Origin: an uncultured Erysipelotrichaceae bacterium
GTDB taxonomy: Bacteria > Bacillota_I > Bacilli_A > Erysipelotrichales > Erysipelotrichaceae
DNA length: 32,000 nucleotides
Assembly: GCA_942493105.1 (NCBI GenBank)
Contig: OW818668.1
Span: forward strand, 1,920,001-1,952,000
Direction: 5' to 3'
How positions within the stretch are numbered: position 1 is the first letter of the stretch; each line of letters opens with the position of its first letter. A model generated the notes under the pieces. The model saw only the letters and a list, made by a program, of their open reading frames with translations, was not told the origin of the DNA and searched no databases. Shown one piece after another: positions 1-8,795 of this stretch. The position numbers were made by a program, and so were the translations under genes.

Positions 1-2535
1 TTGTGTTGAGACAATTATTGAAGATTTTTGAAGTGACGAAAGCCGATTGTAATCATCGAAACTTATTACAGTATCATAAAGTCCAATATTTTCACCAGAA
101 TGTTTGTTTATTCCAGTATATCCTAAGCTAGCATCTTCGTAGCGCTTAAACTTGTAAATTGCATCATTCATTAACGATGCATTGAATAAGCCAATTGACA
201 CTAGTAGTTCAAAATCTTTAACTTCGAGACCTGTAACTTTTCTAAATAGTCCCGGTTCGAGCTGAACAATTACTTCCTTTAAAGATCTTTCTCTGAAATC
301 AGTAAGGTACATAAAAATTGGTACTCTTGTTGCAAACTTCAACAATTTTTCTTGAATTTGCTTTCGTTTGCTCTTAAATTCCTTTTCATCCTCAGTGAGT
401 TTCCTCTTTTCACTACTTGGCAATTTACCAACACCATCCCTTTTCGCCTTCTTGACACCTTCAGATTTGTTAATAATCGTCTGAATCTCGGAATTTAGAT
501 TTCGGAATCCCTCGATTTTTAAAAGTGCTGCCATCGCAACTGGGTTGGCCATAAGTCTTTGAAGAGTATCATTATCAACGTTTACTAAAAGTGCACTCTC
601 CCAACGTCTTGCTAATAGTGTAGCCGATGTTCCAGCCATTGTGATATCTAAAATATCAGCTGCATCTACTTCTTTCATAGAACTACCATCATATGCAAGA
701 ACAGGTAAAAAACTTATAAACTCACTTACTTTTTTTTCTGGATTATTCTCATTTATATTCAATCGACAACTATAATCCGCAATTTGCTTAAGCGCTCGAT
801 CAAGCGCAAAATCAAATATATAGCATTCATGCTTTATGATCTCAAATTGTCCATTCTCGGTCGGAACTATCCATGGACTCTGTACTCGAAATGCCGCTTG
901 GAAATATGTTTCAGGACTTGAAAGATTACGAAGCATAAATATGCCCGACCATGGTCTTACAGTAATTCCAGTGGTTAACTTTCCACACGAAAGAGTTATA
1001 GTCTTTGATTTCAAAGGATCTGCCATTGATTTTTGTACTGGCACTAATGCTGCTACACCAATCCCTGCACTTGAGCCCGCAGCGACATTTATCGAATAGT
1101 CTTTATAAAATGTGTTTTGTTTCTTTCTTAGTAAATTCCTCATAGCATAGCATGATGCCACATTAGGCAAGAACCATAATGTATGTGATAGTATATTTAG
1201 TAATCTAATATCGGAAAACGGCATTGGGGGTTTCTGATTTTTAAGTTTTAAATCTGCAATGGATGTCTCCATGTATGATCCTCTGATCAAATCAAGCCAT
1301 TTCTGAACATATTCTTCATAAACAAAGCAAGCATCATTTCCTTTTCCTTTAGCAGAAAAGAAGACATTCAAATCAAATTCATTGAACTCTCCCTGTAACG
1401 CGATTTGCCTAATACTTTCAGGTATTTTATAAGTTAAAAGAACCATTCTAGGCAAAATTGCATATGGATTACCAGTACCAATCCAATTGTTCTTTGCTCT
1501 TTGCTCATCAGAGTATGTCCAATTATATATTTGATCTTCAATAAATTCTCCTGAGTTTAATGCTCTAAATGGGGTCCCAGACAAGAAAAGGTAATATTTA
1601 GTTGTTATTGGTAGAAAGGTTTCGTTATATGCATTATCTGCTTCATCCTTTTTATATTCTTCTATGTTCAGTGAGTCATACTCATCTTCGTCTTCAATTT
1701 CGAATAGTTTCTTTGCATTTTCCCGCCATGCACCAAAATGATATTCATCGAACACAACTAAATCCCAATTTGTAGTATGAACCCATTCATTCTTAACTTT
1801 TATGCCCCCCGTTTCTCGATCGACTCCTAAATAATCTTGAAATGAGCCGAAACAGACGATTGGTTTGTCTTTATTCGATTGCTCATAAGTTTGCCCGTCG
1901 CGGCTTATAAACTGCCAACCTTCGAAATCTAGATGCGTCAAAAGGTCTTCTTCCCAAGCAACCTCAACTGCAGGTTTGAATGTTAAGACAAGTACTCTTT
2001 TACATCTAAGTCTCTTCGCAAGTTGATATGCTGTGAAAGTTTTCCCGAAACGCATTTTAGCATTCCATAAAAACTTTGGTGTACGATTTGGTTCAGAATC
2101 AACAGATTTCCGATAATAGTCAATCGTTTTACAAATTGCCTCTTCTTGTTCTGGTCTCAAAGCAAAGTCATTAATTCTATTCTCTACATTATAAGTTCTA
2201 TTCTTTACAGCCAATATAGCTGCTCTGAGTTCATCAACAGAACATTGAAACCACTCCCCACCTGCCCGATGAATATGTTTCTTTATCAACATTCGATGAA
2301 TGTCGTGATCAGTAAAGGATGTACCATCATCATACATAGCTGATTCATTTAATACTATTCTAAAAGGTAATTTACCATTTGGCCTTTTAGTTGGGTATTG
2401 TTGCGCAATTCTATGCTCAACATCAACCTCGGTATATCCGATCTTCAGCAAACCCAAGTATTCAGGATTTGATTCTTCGTACGCATAGATTCTCGGGTCA
2501 ATTTTCGGACGTAAGGGAAAGTACTCATTGTTCAT
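1..2535 (-). CDS. T5orf172/GIY-YIG-like domain fused to DExH (ResIII/SNF2-type) helicase; putative nuclease-translocase subunit of the adjacent methylase system; 3' end lies outside the window
   Basis: My hand translation of the minus strand finds no stop from the ATG at 2535 to base 1 (845 codons). It is absent from the ORF track because it runs off the edge. The start overlaps the upstream methylase stop by 11 nt. The N-terminus (MNNEYFPLRP...LGLLKIGYTEVDVEHRI...AGGEWFQC) resembles T5orf172 domains. Helicase motifs follow: AKMRFGKT (motif I), VVFDEYH (DExH), LSGTPF and QAAFRVQS. Confidence 0.7.
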   Translation of the reverse strand, partial: MNNEYFPLRPKIDPRIYAYEESNPEYLGLLKIGYTEVDVEHRIAQQYPTKRPNGKLPFRIVLNESAMYDDGTSFTDHDIHRMLIKKHIHRAGGEWFQCSVDELRAAILAVKNRTYNVENRINDFALRPEQEEAICKTIDYYRKSVDSEPNRTPKFLWNAKMRFGKTFTAYQLAKRLRCKRVLVLTFKPAVEVAWEEDLLTHLDFEGWQFISRDGQTYEQSNKDKPIVCFGSFQDYLGVDRETGGIKVKNEWVHTTNWDLVVFDEYHFGAWRENAKKLFEIEDEDEYDSLNIEEYKKDEADNAYNETFLPITTKYYLFLSGTPFRALNSGEFIEDQIYNWTYSDEQRAKNNWIGTGNPYAILPRMVLLTYKIPESIRQIALQGEFNEFDLNVFFSAKGKGNDACFVYEEYVQKWLDLIRGSYMETSIADLKLKNQKPPMPFSDIRLLNILSHTLWFLPNVASCYAMRNLLRKKQNTFYKDYSINVAAGSSAGIGVAALVPVQKSMADPLKSKTITLSCGKLTTGITVRPWSGIFMLRNLSSPETYFQAAFRVQSPWIVPTENGQFEIIKHECYIFDFALDRALKQIADYSCRLNINENNPEKKVSEFISFLPVLAYDGSSMKEVDAADILDITMAGTSATLLARRWESALLVNVDNDTLQRLMANPVAMAALLKIEGFRNLNSEIQTIINKSEGVKKAKRDGVGKLPSSEKRKLTEDEKEFKSKRKQIQEKLLKFATRVPIFMYLTDFRERSLKEVIVQLEPGLFRKVTGLEVKDFELLVSIGLFNASLMNDAIYKFKRYEDASLGYTGINKHSGENIGLYDTVISFDDYNRLSSLQKSSIIVSTQ

Positions 2536-4063
2536 TTGAATTTACACCTGAGTTACTAATCCTAGAATCAATGTATTCCCATTCATCTTTTGTTATATTC
2601 CACATTTTGCATAAAACATCATCAGTGAAGATTTCATTATACTTCTCAAGATCCGGGATAAAGCAGAACTTTTTTCTTAATACGTCCTGTGAAACTACTG
2701 TTTGAAGTAGTAAGAATCTAACAGTCTTCGTGAAAATATAGGATTTATAAGATAATACTTCATTCTCTGTTCTAAATGCCCCAGCTACTATCCAGGACTC
2801 GGTGCAACATTCCCCCGGTTTTGCAATTCGTGTATTTCCATCATAATAAAACCCAACTGGTTTCGTGAAGTCTGTTTGACCAGCAATTGGAGCCTTAGGC
2901 AAAAGCAATTTCCATTTATCAAGATATTTACCACTATCCGAAACATCTTTCGGATCTGCGAATTTCAAACCAATTCTTTGTATAAACCAACACGGAATTC
3001 CAGATTTACTCGGCTCATAATTTGTCGGTAAACCAAATGGCTTTTGAGGGGAAACAATATCTGCAAGTGTCTTTTTGGTCGGAGATGCATCTAGGACTTT
3101 ACGTACGATTGGGACAGCGAGACTACTTCTGATGAATGTTGGAAATTCATCAAGACTACGAGTTGTTGATACTGCCTTTCCATCTGTGATATTAGTGATC
3201 TCACATTCACCAGGATTATCCCTATCCCAAAGGAAATAGCATACACCACCAGCAATGTCTACTCCAGGAAAGCATTCTTGGGCGTTAGGAAAGTCAACTA
3301 TTTTTCTAAGTCTCTTATCGCTAAGCATCTCCGTGCGAAAATCATCCAGTCCAAACCCACCTGCAAACCATCGAGAGGGAATGATCATCGTTATATATTT
3401 AGGATTTAGCTTTTTCGCTTGTTCAATGAACTTATTATAGATTGGTTTTGCCTGTCTTCCATATCCACTGGTCTCAAGTTGGTATGGAGGATTTGATACT
3501 ATGACGTCAAATTTCATTTTGAATATCTCCTCAGCTTTATTTGTGTGTATCCACTCATATGCATATTTCTCCATATTCTCATCTTGGTTTAGCGAACTCT
3601 TAGTAATCCCGCAAAACTTACATTTATCATTTTCCCAAGAGTGGTTAGGTGCTTTGTATCTAACATTTCCTTCAACATTACTAAACAATGAAACCGAGTA
3701 GATACTATTAGGATATTTTGTACAATATAAGCTTCTTCTTGTAAGTAATGAAGTTAACTCGGTTAAGGCGATGCCATAAACTTGTTTTTTTAGAATATGG
3801 TCGATTCTTTGGTTCAAGTCTGGTATTTTATCCGCAAGACCCTCTATGAGCCTTTTTGTTATCTCTCGCAGAAATACTCCAGATTTACATCCTGGATCTA
3901 GAAATGTTATTGTTTCATCTTTCCATATTGAAACTGGCAATTGGTCTAACATCATATTTGCAAGTTCTGGTGGTGTAAAAACTTCATCACTACTTAAGTT
4001 TGCAATACAAGAGAGGACGTCAGGATTATAGATATTTGAAAAAAATGTTTCACTCATTTTCAT
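2525..4063 (-). CDS. N6-adenine DNA methyltransferase, Eco57I-like (NPPY class) with a long C-terminal region that could serve target recognition
   Basis: 512-aa ORF. It has SSDEVFTPPELANMML, then FLDPGCKSGVFL (SAM motif I), then VIVSNPPYQ (catalytic motif IV). About 250 aa follow motif IV. It is translationally coupled to both neighbouring genes. Confidence 0.85.
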   Translation of the reverse strand: MKMSETFFSNIYNPDVLSCIANLSSDEVFTPPELANMMLDQLPVSIWKDETITFLDPGCKSGVFLREITKRLIEGLADKIPDLNQRIDHILKKQVYGIALTELTSLLTRRSLYCTKYPNSIYSVSLFSNVEGNVRYKAPNHSWENDKCKFCGITKSSLNQDENMEKYAYEWIHTNKAEEIFKMKFDVIVSNPPYQLETSGYGRQAKPIYNKFIEQAKKLNPKYITMIIPSRWFAGGFGLDDFRTEMLSDKRLRKIVDFPNAQECFPGVDIAGGVCYFLWDRDNPGECEITNITDGKAVSTTRSLDEFPTFIRSSLAVPIVRKVLDASPTKKTLADIVSPQKPFGLPTNYEPSKSGIPCWFIQRIGLKFADPKDVSDSGKYLDKWKLLLPKAPIAGQTDFTKPVGFYYDGNTRIAKPGECCTESWIVAGAFRTENEVLSYKSYIFTKTVRFLLLQTVVSQDVLRKKFCFIPDLEKYNEIFTDDVLCKMWNITKDEWEYIDSRISNSGVNSNEQ

Positions 4064-4736
4064 ACACCTTTTGATAATCTATTAATGGAAATACTTTTAC
4101 AGGCATTGGTATAAACGCTTTGATTTCATCATCATATTCCCAATCTGTTCTAAAAATCGACAATTGTTTCTCATGTCCGTCCAACATTTCATCGAGCCTA
4201 AAGTCTCGCCTTTGAATCAATCGTTCAGACACAAGCGACCATTCTGAGAAAATTAACGGATAATTTGAGGAGTTCCTTAGTGTGAGCGCATCTCCTGATT
4301 GTATATTTTTCTTCAGAATAAATTTCGCCGATTCCCTACACTGATCATTTGAGATTGTTTCACAATAGCGAGAATATTGCTTGTTAAAGATGTCAAAAAG
4401 TCTTTGGCGGCAGATATCAATATTGTCTTCAAGTAAATCCACTCCATAAATACTTGATACTGCCAGAATTGCATATTTTTCAAACTCTGATTCACTTTTC
4501 TGGTATCTCGCCTTAACAGTAGAAAGTTTCCTTTCGAGTATATTACTTAAAAAGTTTCCATCACCGCATGCAGGTTCTAGGAATCGACTATCAATGCGAG
4601 TAGATTCATCGTCCACCAAATCCAACATATTATCTACTTCACGCTCATCTGTAAAAACTTCAGCGTGATCAGTTACCCTTTTTTTCGATTTAATTTGGGC
4701 GTTTCTTCTTTTAGGTTGATTGATGCTCATTCGCAT
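4050..4736 (-). CDS. SAM-binding methyltransferase-like protein lacking a recognisable (D/N)PP(Y/F) catalytic motif
   Basis: 228-aa ORF overlapping the next gene by 14 nt. It has HAEVFTDEREVDNMLDL, FLEPACGDGNFL (motif I) and YGVDLLEDN (motif II-like). I find no motif IV anywhere in the protein. The ATG at 4730 is better spaced from the GGGGG RBS than the one at 4736. Confidence 0.55.
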   Translation of the reverse strand: MRMSINQPKRRNAQIKSKKRVTDHAEVFTDEREVDNMLDLVDDESTRIDSRFLEPACGDGNFLSNILERKLSTVKARYQKSESEFEKYAILAVSSIYGVDLLEDNIDICRQRLFDIFNKQYSRYCETISNDQCRESAKFILKKNIQSGDALTLRNSSNYPLIFSEWSLVSERLIQRRDFRLDEMLDGHEKQLSIFRTDWEYDDEIKAFIPMPVKVFPLIDYQKVYENE

Positions 4737-4826
4737 CCCCCTTTTCTTACTTAACTACATTTTACTTCATACGAACACTGCTAGTGCAATTAATGTATAT
4801 TTACATTGATTTTTTGATCAATTGCA

Positions 4827-4849
4827 CAAAAAAAAGGGCAATTGCCCTT
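4827..4849 (-). terminator. Rho-independent terminator after the lysis genes
   Basis: Perfect palindrome aagggcaattgccctt (4834-4849). On the minus strand it is followed by a T-run (plus-strand A-run 4827-4835). It lies just downstream of the stop at 4860. Confidence 0.6.
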
Positions 4850-4859
4850 CGAGCACTCA

Positions 4860-5141
4860 TCATTTGCTCTTTAATTCATACGCATCAATCCTTTTATGCG
4901 CTGCTTTCGTCGATTCTTCTACTCTACCAACCCTTTCAGTAATTGAGTTGTGTTTTTCTTCAAGTTCGTTATGATCCTTTCGAAGACCAATTGCCATATC
5001 AAGTTTAGCATTCACCATACCTTTCCACTCAGCATCCTCACTGATCTTTGTGTCTCGAGAATGCAGCCAACCAGCTAAACCTACAAAGCAACCGGCGATC
5101 GCTATGAGGACCGATAAACTAAATGTAGTATCTGGGGACAT
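4860..5141 (-). CDS. Small membrane protein with coiled-coil tail; holin-like or lysis accessory protein
   Basis: 93-aa ORF. One N-terminal hydrophobic helix (FSLSVLIAIAGCFVGLAGWL) is followed by a charged helical tail. It starts 2 nt after the endolysin stop. Confidence 0.5.
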   Translation of the reverse strand: MSPDTTFSLSVLIAIAGCFVGLAGWLHSRDTKISEDAEWKGMVNAKLDMAIGLRKDHNELEEKHNSITERVGRVEESTKAAHKRIDAYELKSK

Positions 5142-5142
5142 G

Positions 5143-5922
5143 CTACTCCTTTTTCACTGAGCTGCTTTTAAAGTATGCAGTGATGAATTTAGAGCCTTTG
5201 TCATCTGTAGTTGCAGACAGATTTGTCGAACAACCATACCCATTAGGTACGTTTTGGATCAGCTTAATGACTTTCATTCTTCGATTCTTGTAGATTGCAG
5301 TGGATCTACCGGTCCCAAGGCTCGATGATCTGCCAATACCCGATACATAGACGATGTCGCCAACCTTTATCTCAGAATGATCTGATTGAGGTTGTGGGAC
5401 AACATACTCGATGTAACTGTATTTACCCCAAAATGCCCATTTACGAATGGTGTCATTGCTTTGAGTTACTCCCCACTTTTTCCAGGCGGGAGTGGATTCG
5501 ATGTATTGACGTTTCCCAGCTGTATCCTTACCGATATAGATCCCGACATGCCCAAGGTCTTGAGTAAATACTAGCACGCCTGGAAGGTCTGGGATCGGCT
5601 CAAGCAGACCCTTTTCAGTCGCGTGGTTATACATACCTTGAGAGTTTTGATCGGATCCTTTTGGATCATTATAACGAACTTTTCCCTGCGCATCTTCCCA
5701 CAGAAACCCCTTGATCAAACCACAACAGTCATAACAATATTTGCCAATACCAGTTGCGATGATCGCTAAGTTTTTGATGGTGTGAGGACACTTCATGACA
5801 TTGACTCTTTTATCAATGTTGGCTTGAGTTAGTACCCTTCCAAAGCCACTCAGCATATAGATGGTGGGCAGTGTCAATTTTGATTTTGCGTATTCAACAA
5901 ACTCAAGGTTAGTTTTGGACAT
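5143..5922 (-). CDS. Phage-type endolysin: NlpC/P60 (C40) peptidase with SH3-like C-terminal domain
   Basis: 259-aa ORF with no signal peptide. It has a Cys nucleophile context (YDCCGLIKG) and a His context (LGHVGIYIG). The C-terminal segment IKVGDIVYVSGIGRSS...RRMKVIKL looks like an SH3b wall-binding domain. Confidence 0.7.
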   Translation of the reverse strand: MSKTNLEFVEYAKSKLTLPTIYMLSGFGRVLTQANIDKRVNVMKCPHTIKNLAIIATGIGKYCYDCCGLIKGFLWEDAQGKVRYNDPKGSDQNSQGMYNHATEKGLLEPIPDLPGVLVFTQDLGHVGIYIGKDTAGKRQYIESTPAWKKWGVTQSNDTIRKWAFWGKYSYIEYVVPQPQSDHSEIKVGDIVYVSGIGRSSSLGTGRSTAIYKNRRMKVIKLIQNVPNGYGCSTNLSATTDDKGSKFITAYFKSSSVKKE

Positions 5923-6067
5923 TTTGGTCTTCTTCCTTTTCTTGAGCTTCTAAGAAGGCTAATTCTTTGGAGAGATCGAATTCTTCGACTATTTCGATTT
6001 GTGGTTGTTCTTTTTTCATGTTTTTCTTAATTACTTTCTTTCCAGGATGTCATCCGCCATAGTGAAT

Positions 6068-6092
6068 AAAGTCCTGATAGAATCAGGACTTT
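6068..6092. terminator. Hairpin downstream of the ATPase/HMA operon (weak bidirectional terminator)
   Basis: An 11-bp perfect stem, aaagtcctgat (6068-6078) pairing with atcaggacttt (6082-6092), with a 3-nt loop. It is flanked by short T/A-rich tracts. Confidence 0.45.
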
Positions 6093-6178
6093 ATGATGTT
6101 CTTATTGATTAGTGATCATAAAAATTACTTTTCACTTTCCCAACATGTCTTACGCAGATATGAAACCATAGCTACAGA

Positions 6179-6409
6179 TCACTCTTTTACTTGAGATTTC
6201 AAGACTTCATATCCCAGCACAGAAATGGTTTTCGTAATCTCTTCGATCGAAAGCTTTGCATTATCAAAGTCCAATTTAACTTTGCTAGAGTTGAACAAGA
6301 CGTTAACGCTATTTTTTTCTACCCCTCTTAGGGATTTGACTGCACTTTCGATTTTTAATGCACAGGACGGACAAGTTAATGTCTCAAGTTGTATGATTGC
6401 TTTTTGCAT
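6179..6409 (-). CDS. Heavy-metal-associated (HMA) domain metallochaperone, CopZ-like
   Basis: 76-aa ORF with the LTCPSCALKIE metal-binding motif (CxxC) in a typical HMA-length protein. It lies immediately downstream of a P1B ATPase. Confidence 0.8.
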   Translation of the reverse strand: MQKAIIQLETLTCPSCALKIESAVKSLRGVEKNSVNVLFNSSKVKLDFDNAKLSIEEITKTISVLGYEVLKSQVKE

Positions 6410-6458
6410 TTCTATTTCTCCTTGTTTATTGAGTTCATCAATATTTTTTATTACATCG

Positions 6459-8310
6459 CTATTTCAAATTATATCGAATTAGTCTCATTCCGTTAAGAAT
6501 AACTGCAAGGATGCTGATTTCATGAACCAACATACCAATGGACATGTTCATCCAACGACTGAAGAAAACACTTGCTAATAGGAATAAGACCACTCCAACC
6601 GCAATAACGATATTTTGACGCATGTTGTTGGCGGTTGCTTTAACCAGGCCTAAGGCGTGCGGTAAACGATTAATATCTGAATTCATCAGGACAACATCTG
6701 AGGTTTCAATAGCAACATCTGTTCCGCTTCCCATCGCTATTCCGATATCTGCTAAAGCCAATGAAGGACTGTCATTGACCCCATCGCCGACAAATGCGAC
6801 GATCTCTCCTTTGGCCTGAAGTTCTTCAATGTATTTTGCCTTATCTTGAGGCAGCATGTGTCCGTGTGCTTCGGTTAACCCAAGGTCGTGGGCAACCAAA
6901 TCAACCGTACCTTGATTGTCACCAGACAAGAGCACCAGCTTTTTAACACCCATCTTTTTAAGTTTCTTAAGAACTTCTTTGACACCGGGACGAATTTGAT
7001 CTCGGACCCCAACAAGAAGTTTGATGTCACCATCAACAGAAGTCAACACCAGCGAATTACCGTTACCTGCGAATTGGGCTATGTCGACAAGCATTTTTTC
7101 ACTAAGAATACTGTTTTCTTGTTTCATCAGTGAAACGTTACCCACTGCGATACGGCGACCATTGACGATCGCAATAATACCTCCGCCTTTGACAACATTG
7201 GTCTTCTCAACAGGATAGGTTTTTATTTCTCCCGCATATTCCGCAATCGCTTTGGCTAAGGGATGATCAGATTCATTTTCGACACTGACAAGATAACTCA
7301 ACATTTCATTCTCTTGATCCTTATACAGTGCGACGTCAGCAACCTTTGGATTCCCAATGGTTAAGGTACCTGTTTTATCAAATATGATGGTATCGACTCG
7401 ACTGAAATCTTGAATAACCTCACTGCCTTTGAGTAAAACTCCATGAGATGCTCCATTCCCGATTCCAGCCACATTGGAGACAGGAACTCCGATAACTAGT
7501 GCACCTGGACAACCCAATACTAAGATTGTGATCGCCAGACTCCATGTCTTTTGAGATCAGTCCCACCAAAACAGAAAGTAACAAAACGATGGGAGTATAG
7601 TATTTGGAGAATCGGTCAATGAATCGCTCTGCTTCCGATTTTGAATCTTGAGCTTCCTCAACCAACTCGATGATTTTGCCGAAGGTAGTATCCTCACCAA
7701 CGCGTTCAGCCGAAATCTGCACAGTACCGTTCTCAAGGATCGTTCCGGCATAGACACCTGAACCTTTCGATTTATTGATTGGCATGGATTCACCGGTGAT
7801 GGTGGCTTCATTGACATAGCCTTCACCGGTCAATACGGATCCATCAACCGGAATTTTCGCTCCGGTTTTAACCAATAATACATCGCCGATATCAACATCC
7901 TCGAGGGCAACTTCAATAAAATCTCCATTAGACATCTGTTTCAACGCACTCCCCGGCGCCATATCAATAAGTGCTTTGATTGCGGAACGGGTTTTGTTTA
8001 GAGTACGTTGTTCAAGGTAAGCTCCAAACAAGAATAGGAATGTAACGATGGCTGATTCTTCAACTTCTTTGATGAAAAAGGCACCAAGGACAGCAATCGT
8101 AACCAGCACATCGATACTAACGACCTTGAACCTTAAGGATTGAAACGCTTGAATCGCGATGGGTGAAAGTCCAAAGATCGAAGCCACCGTCAAGGTCCAA
8201 AAGAACACACTATCATTACCTAATCCGAATTTGGCGGTATATCCAAGGATGATTAAGATACCACTGATCAAAGTGATTAAATTCTTTCTGCTCAACACAA
8301 ACTTCTGCAT
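6459..8310 (-). pseudogene. P1B-type heavy-metal-translocating ATPase, split by a 1-nt frameshift
   Basis: Two track ORFs (7420-8310 and 6459-7517) together carry TGES, DKTGTLT and GDGVNDSP. Reading across 7536-7556, removing one A from the AAAA run (plus-strand tttt 7549-7552) gives a continuous GLISKTWSLAITILVLGCPGALVIG. There is a strong RBS (GGAGGTGA) before the start at 8310. Confidence 0.85.
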
Positions 8311-8337
8311 ACGTTCACCTCCTATCAGTTTGCCTGA

Positions 8338-8640
8338 TTAACCTTGATAAGCCTCATTAATCTCTTTGAGCATCGTATAGACTGCTTCATAAGTTTCACA
8401 GACATCACCAGGAATGGTGTAATCCTGCGTTATCTTACGTAATTGAGCGAATTCTTCGTTCAACTCTGGTTTGACTTGATTATTGGCTTTGGTCTTCTTA
8501 ATGATCGTATCGAAAAGACGGCGCACTTCATGGAACTCCGGATGATTGGTGCCATGTACCCGATCGACAACAGGAACATATTGAATCAATAACGGAAATA
8601 TTTTTTGACCTACTTCTTGGTATTTTGAATAGACTGACAT
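8338..8640 (-). CDS. Hypothetical 100-aa protein; first gene of the ATPase operon
   Basis: ORF with a GAAGGA RBS. The segment VHGTNHPEFHEVRRLF is reminiscent of di-iron/hemerythrin-like repair proteins, but I cannot assign a family. Confidence 0.5.
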   Translation of the reverse strand: MSVYSKYQEVGQKIFPLLIQYVPVVDRVHGTNHPEFHEVRRLFDTIIKKTKANNQVKPELNEEFAQLRKITQDYTIPGDVCETYEAVYTMLKEINEAYQG

Positions 8641-8728
8641 TGCTTATCCTTCTTTCTTGTTCATCAGGGATTTTGATTTAATCTTTTTCCCTGTGTCACC
8701 ATTATCTATCGCTCCAAGTAAAAATTCC

Positions 8729-8742
8729 TTGATGCAGATCAA
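8729..8742. promoter_or_regulatory. Perfect Crp/Fnr-type box TTGAT-N4-ATCAA with class II promoter geometry
   Basis: ttgatgcagatcaa is a perfect 14-bp palindrome. On the minus strand a GATAAT -10 (plus 8701-8706) places the box centre at about -41.5. The Crp/Fnr gene lies directly upstream. Confidence 0.6.
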
Positions 8743-8795
8743 GTTTTATCCAATTCATAACTATTTTAAATTGGTTTATATAAACTGGCGGGGCT

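Noticed and set aside
4050-4063. Whether the 228-aa and 512-aa methylase ORFs are one gene broken by a frameshift.
   Set aside because: Each ORF has its own N-terminal VFT(P/D) motif and SAM motif I. They are therefore two paralogous N-termini, not an N- and a C-terminal half. The 14-nt overlap looks like ordinary translational coupling.
5909-6019. A 36-aa acidic ORF (MKKEQPQIEIVEEFDLSKELAFLEAQEKEEDQNVQN) overlapping the endolysin start.
   Set aside because: The RBS is weak (GGAAAG). There is no recognisable family, and the ORF is too short to distinguish from chance. It is not reported as a feature.
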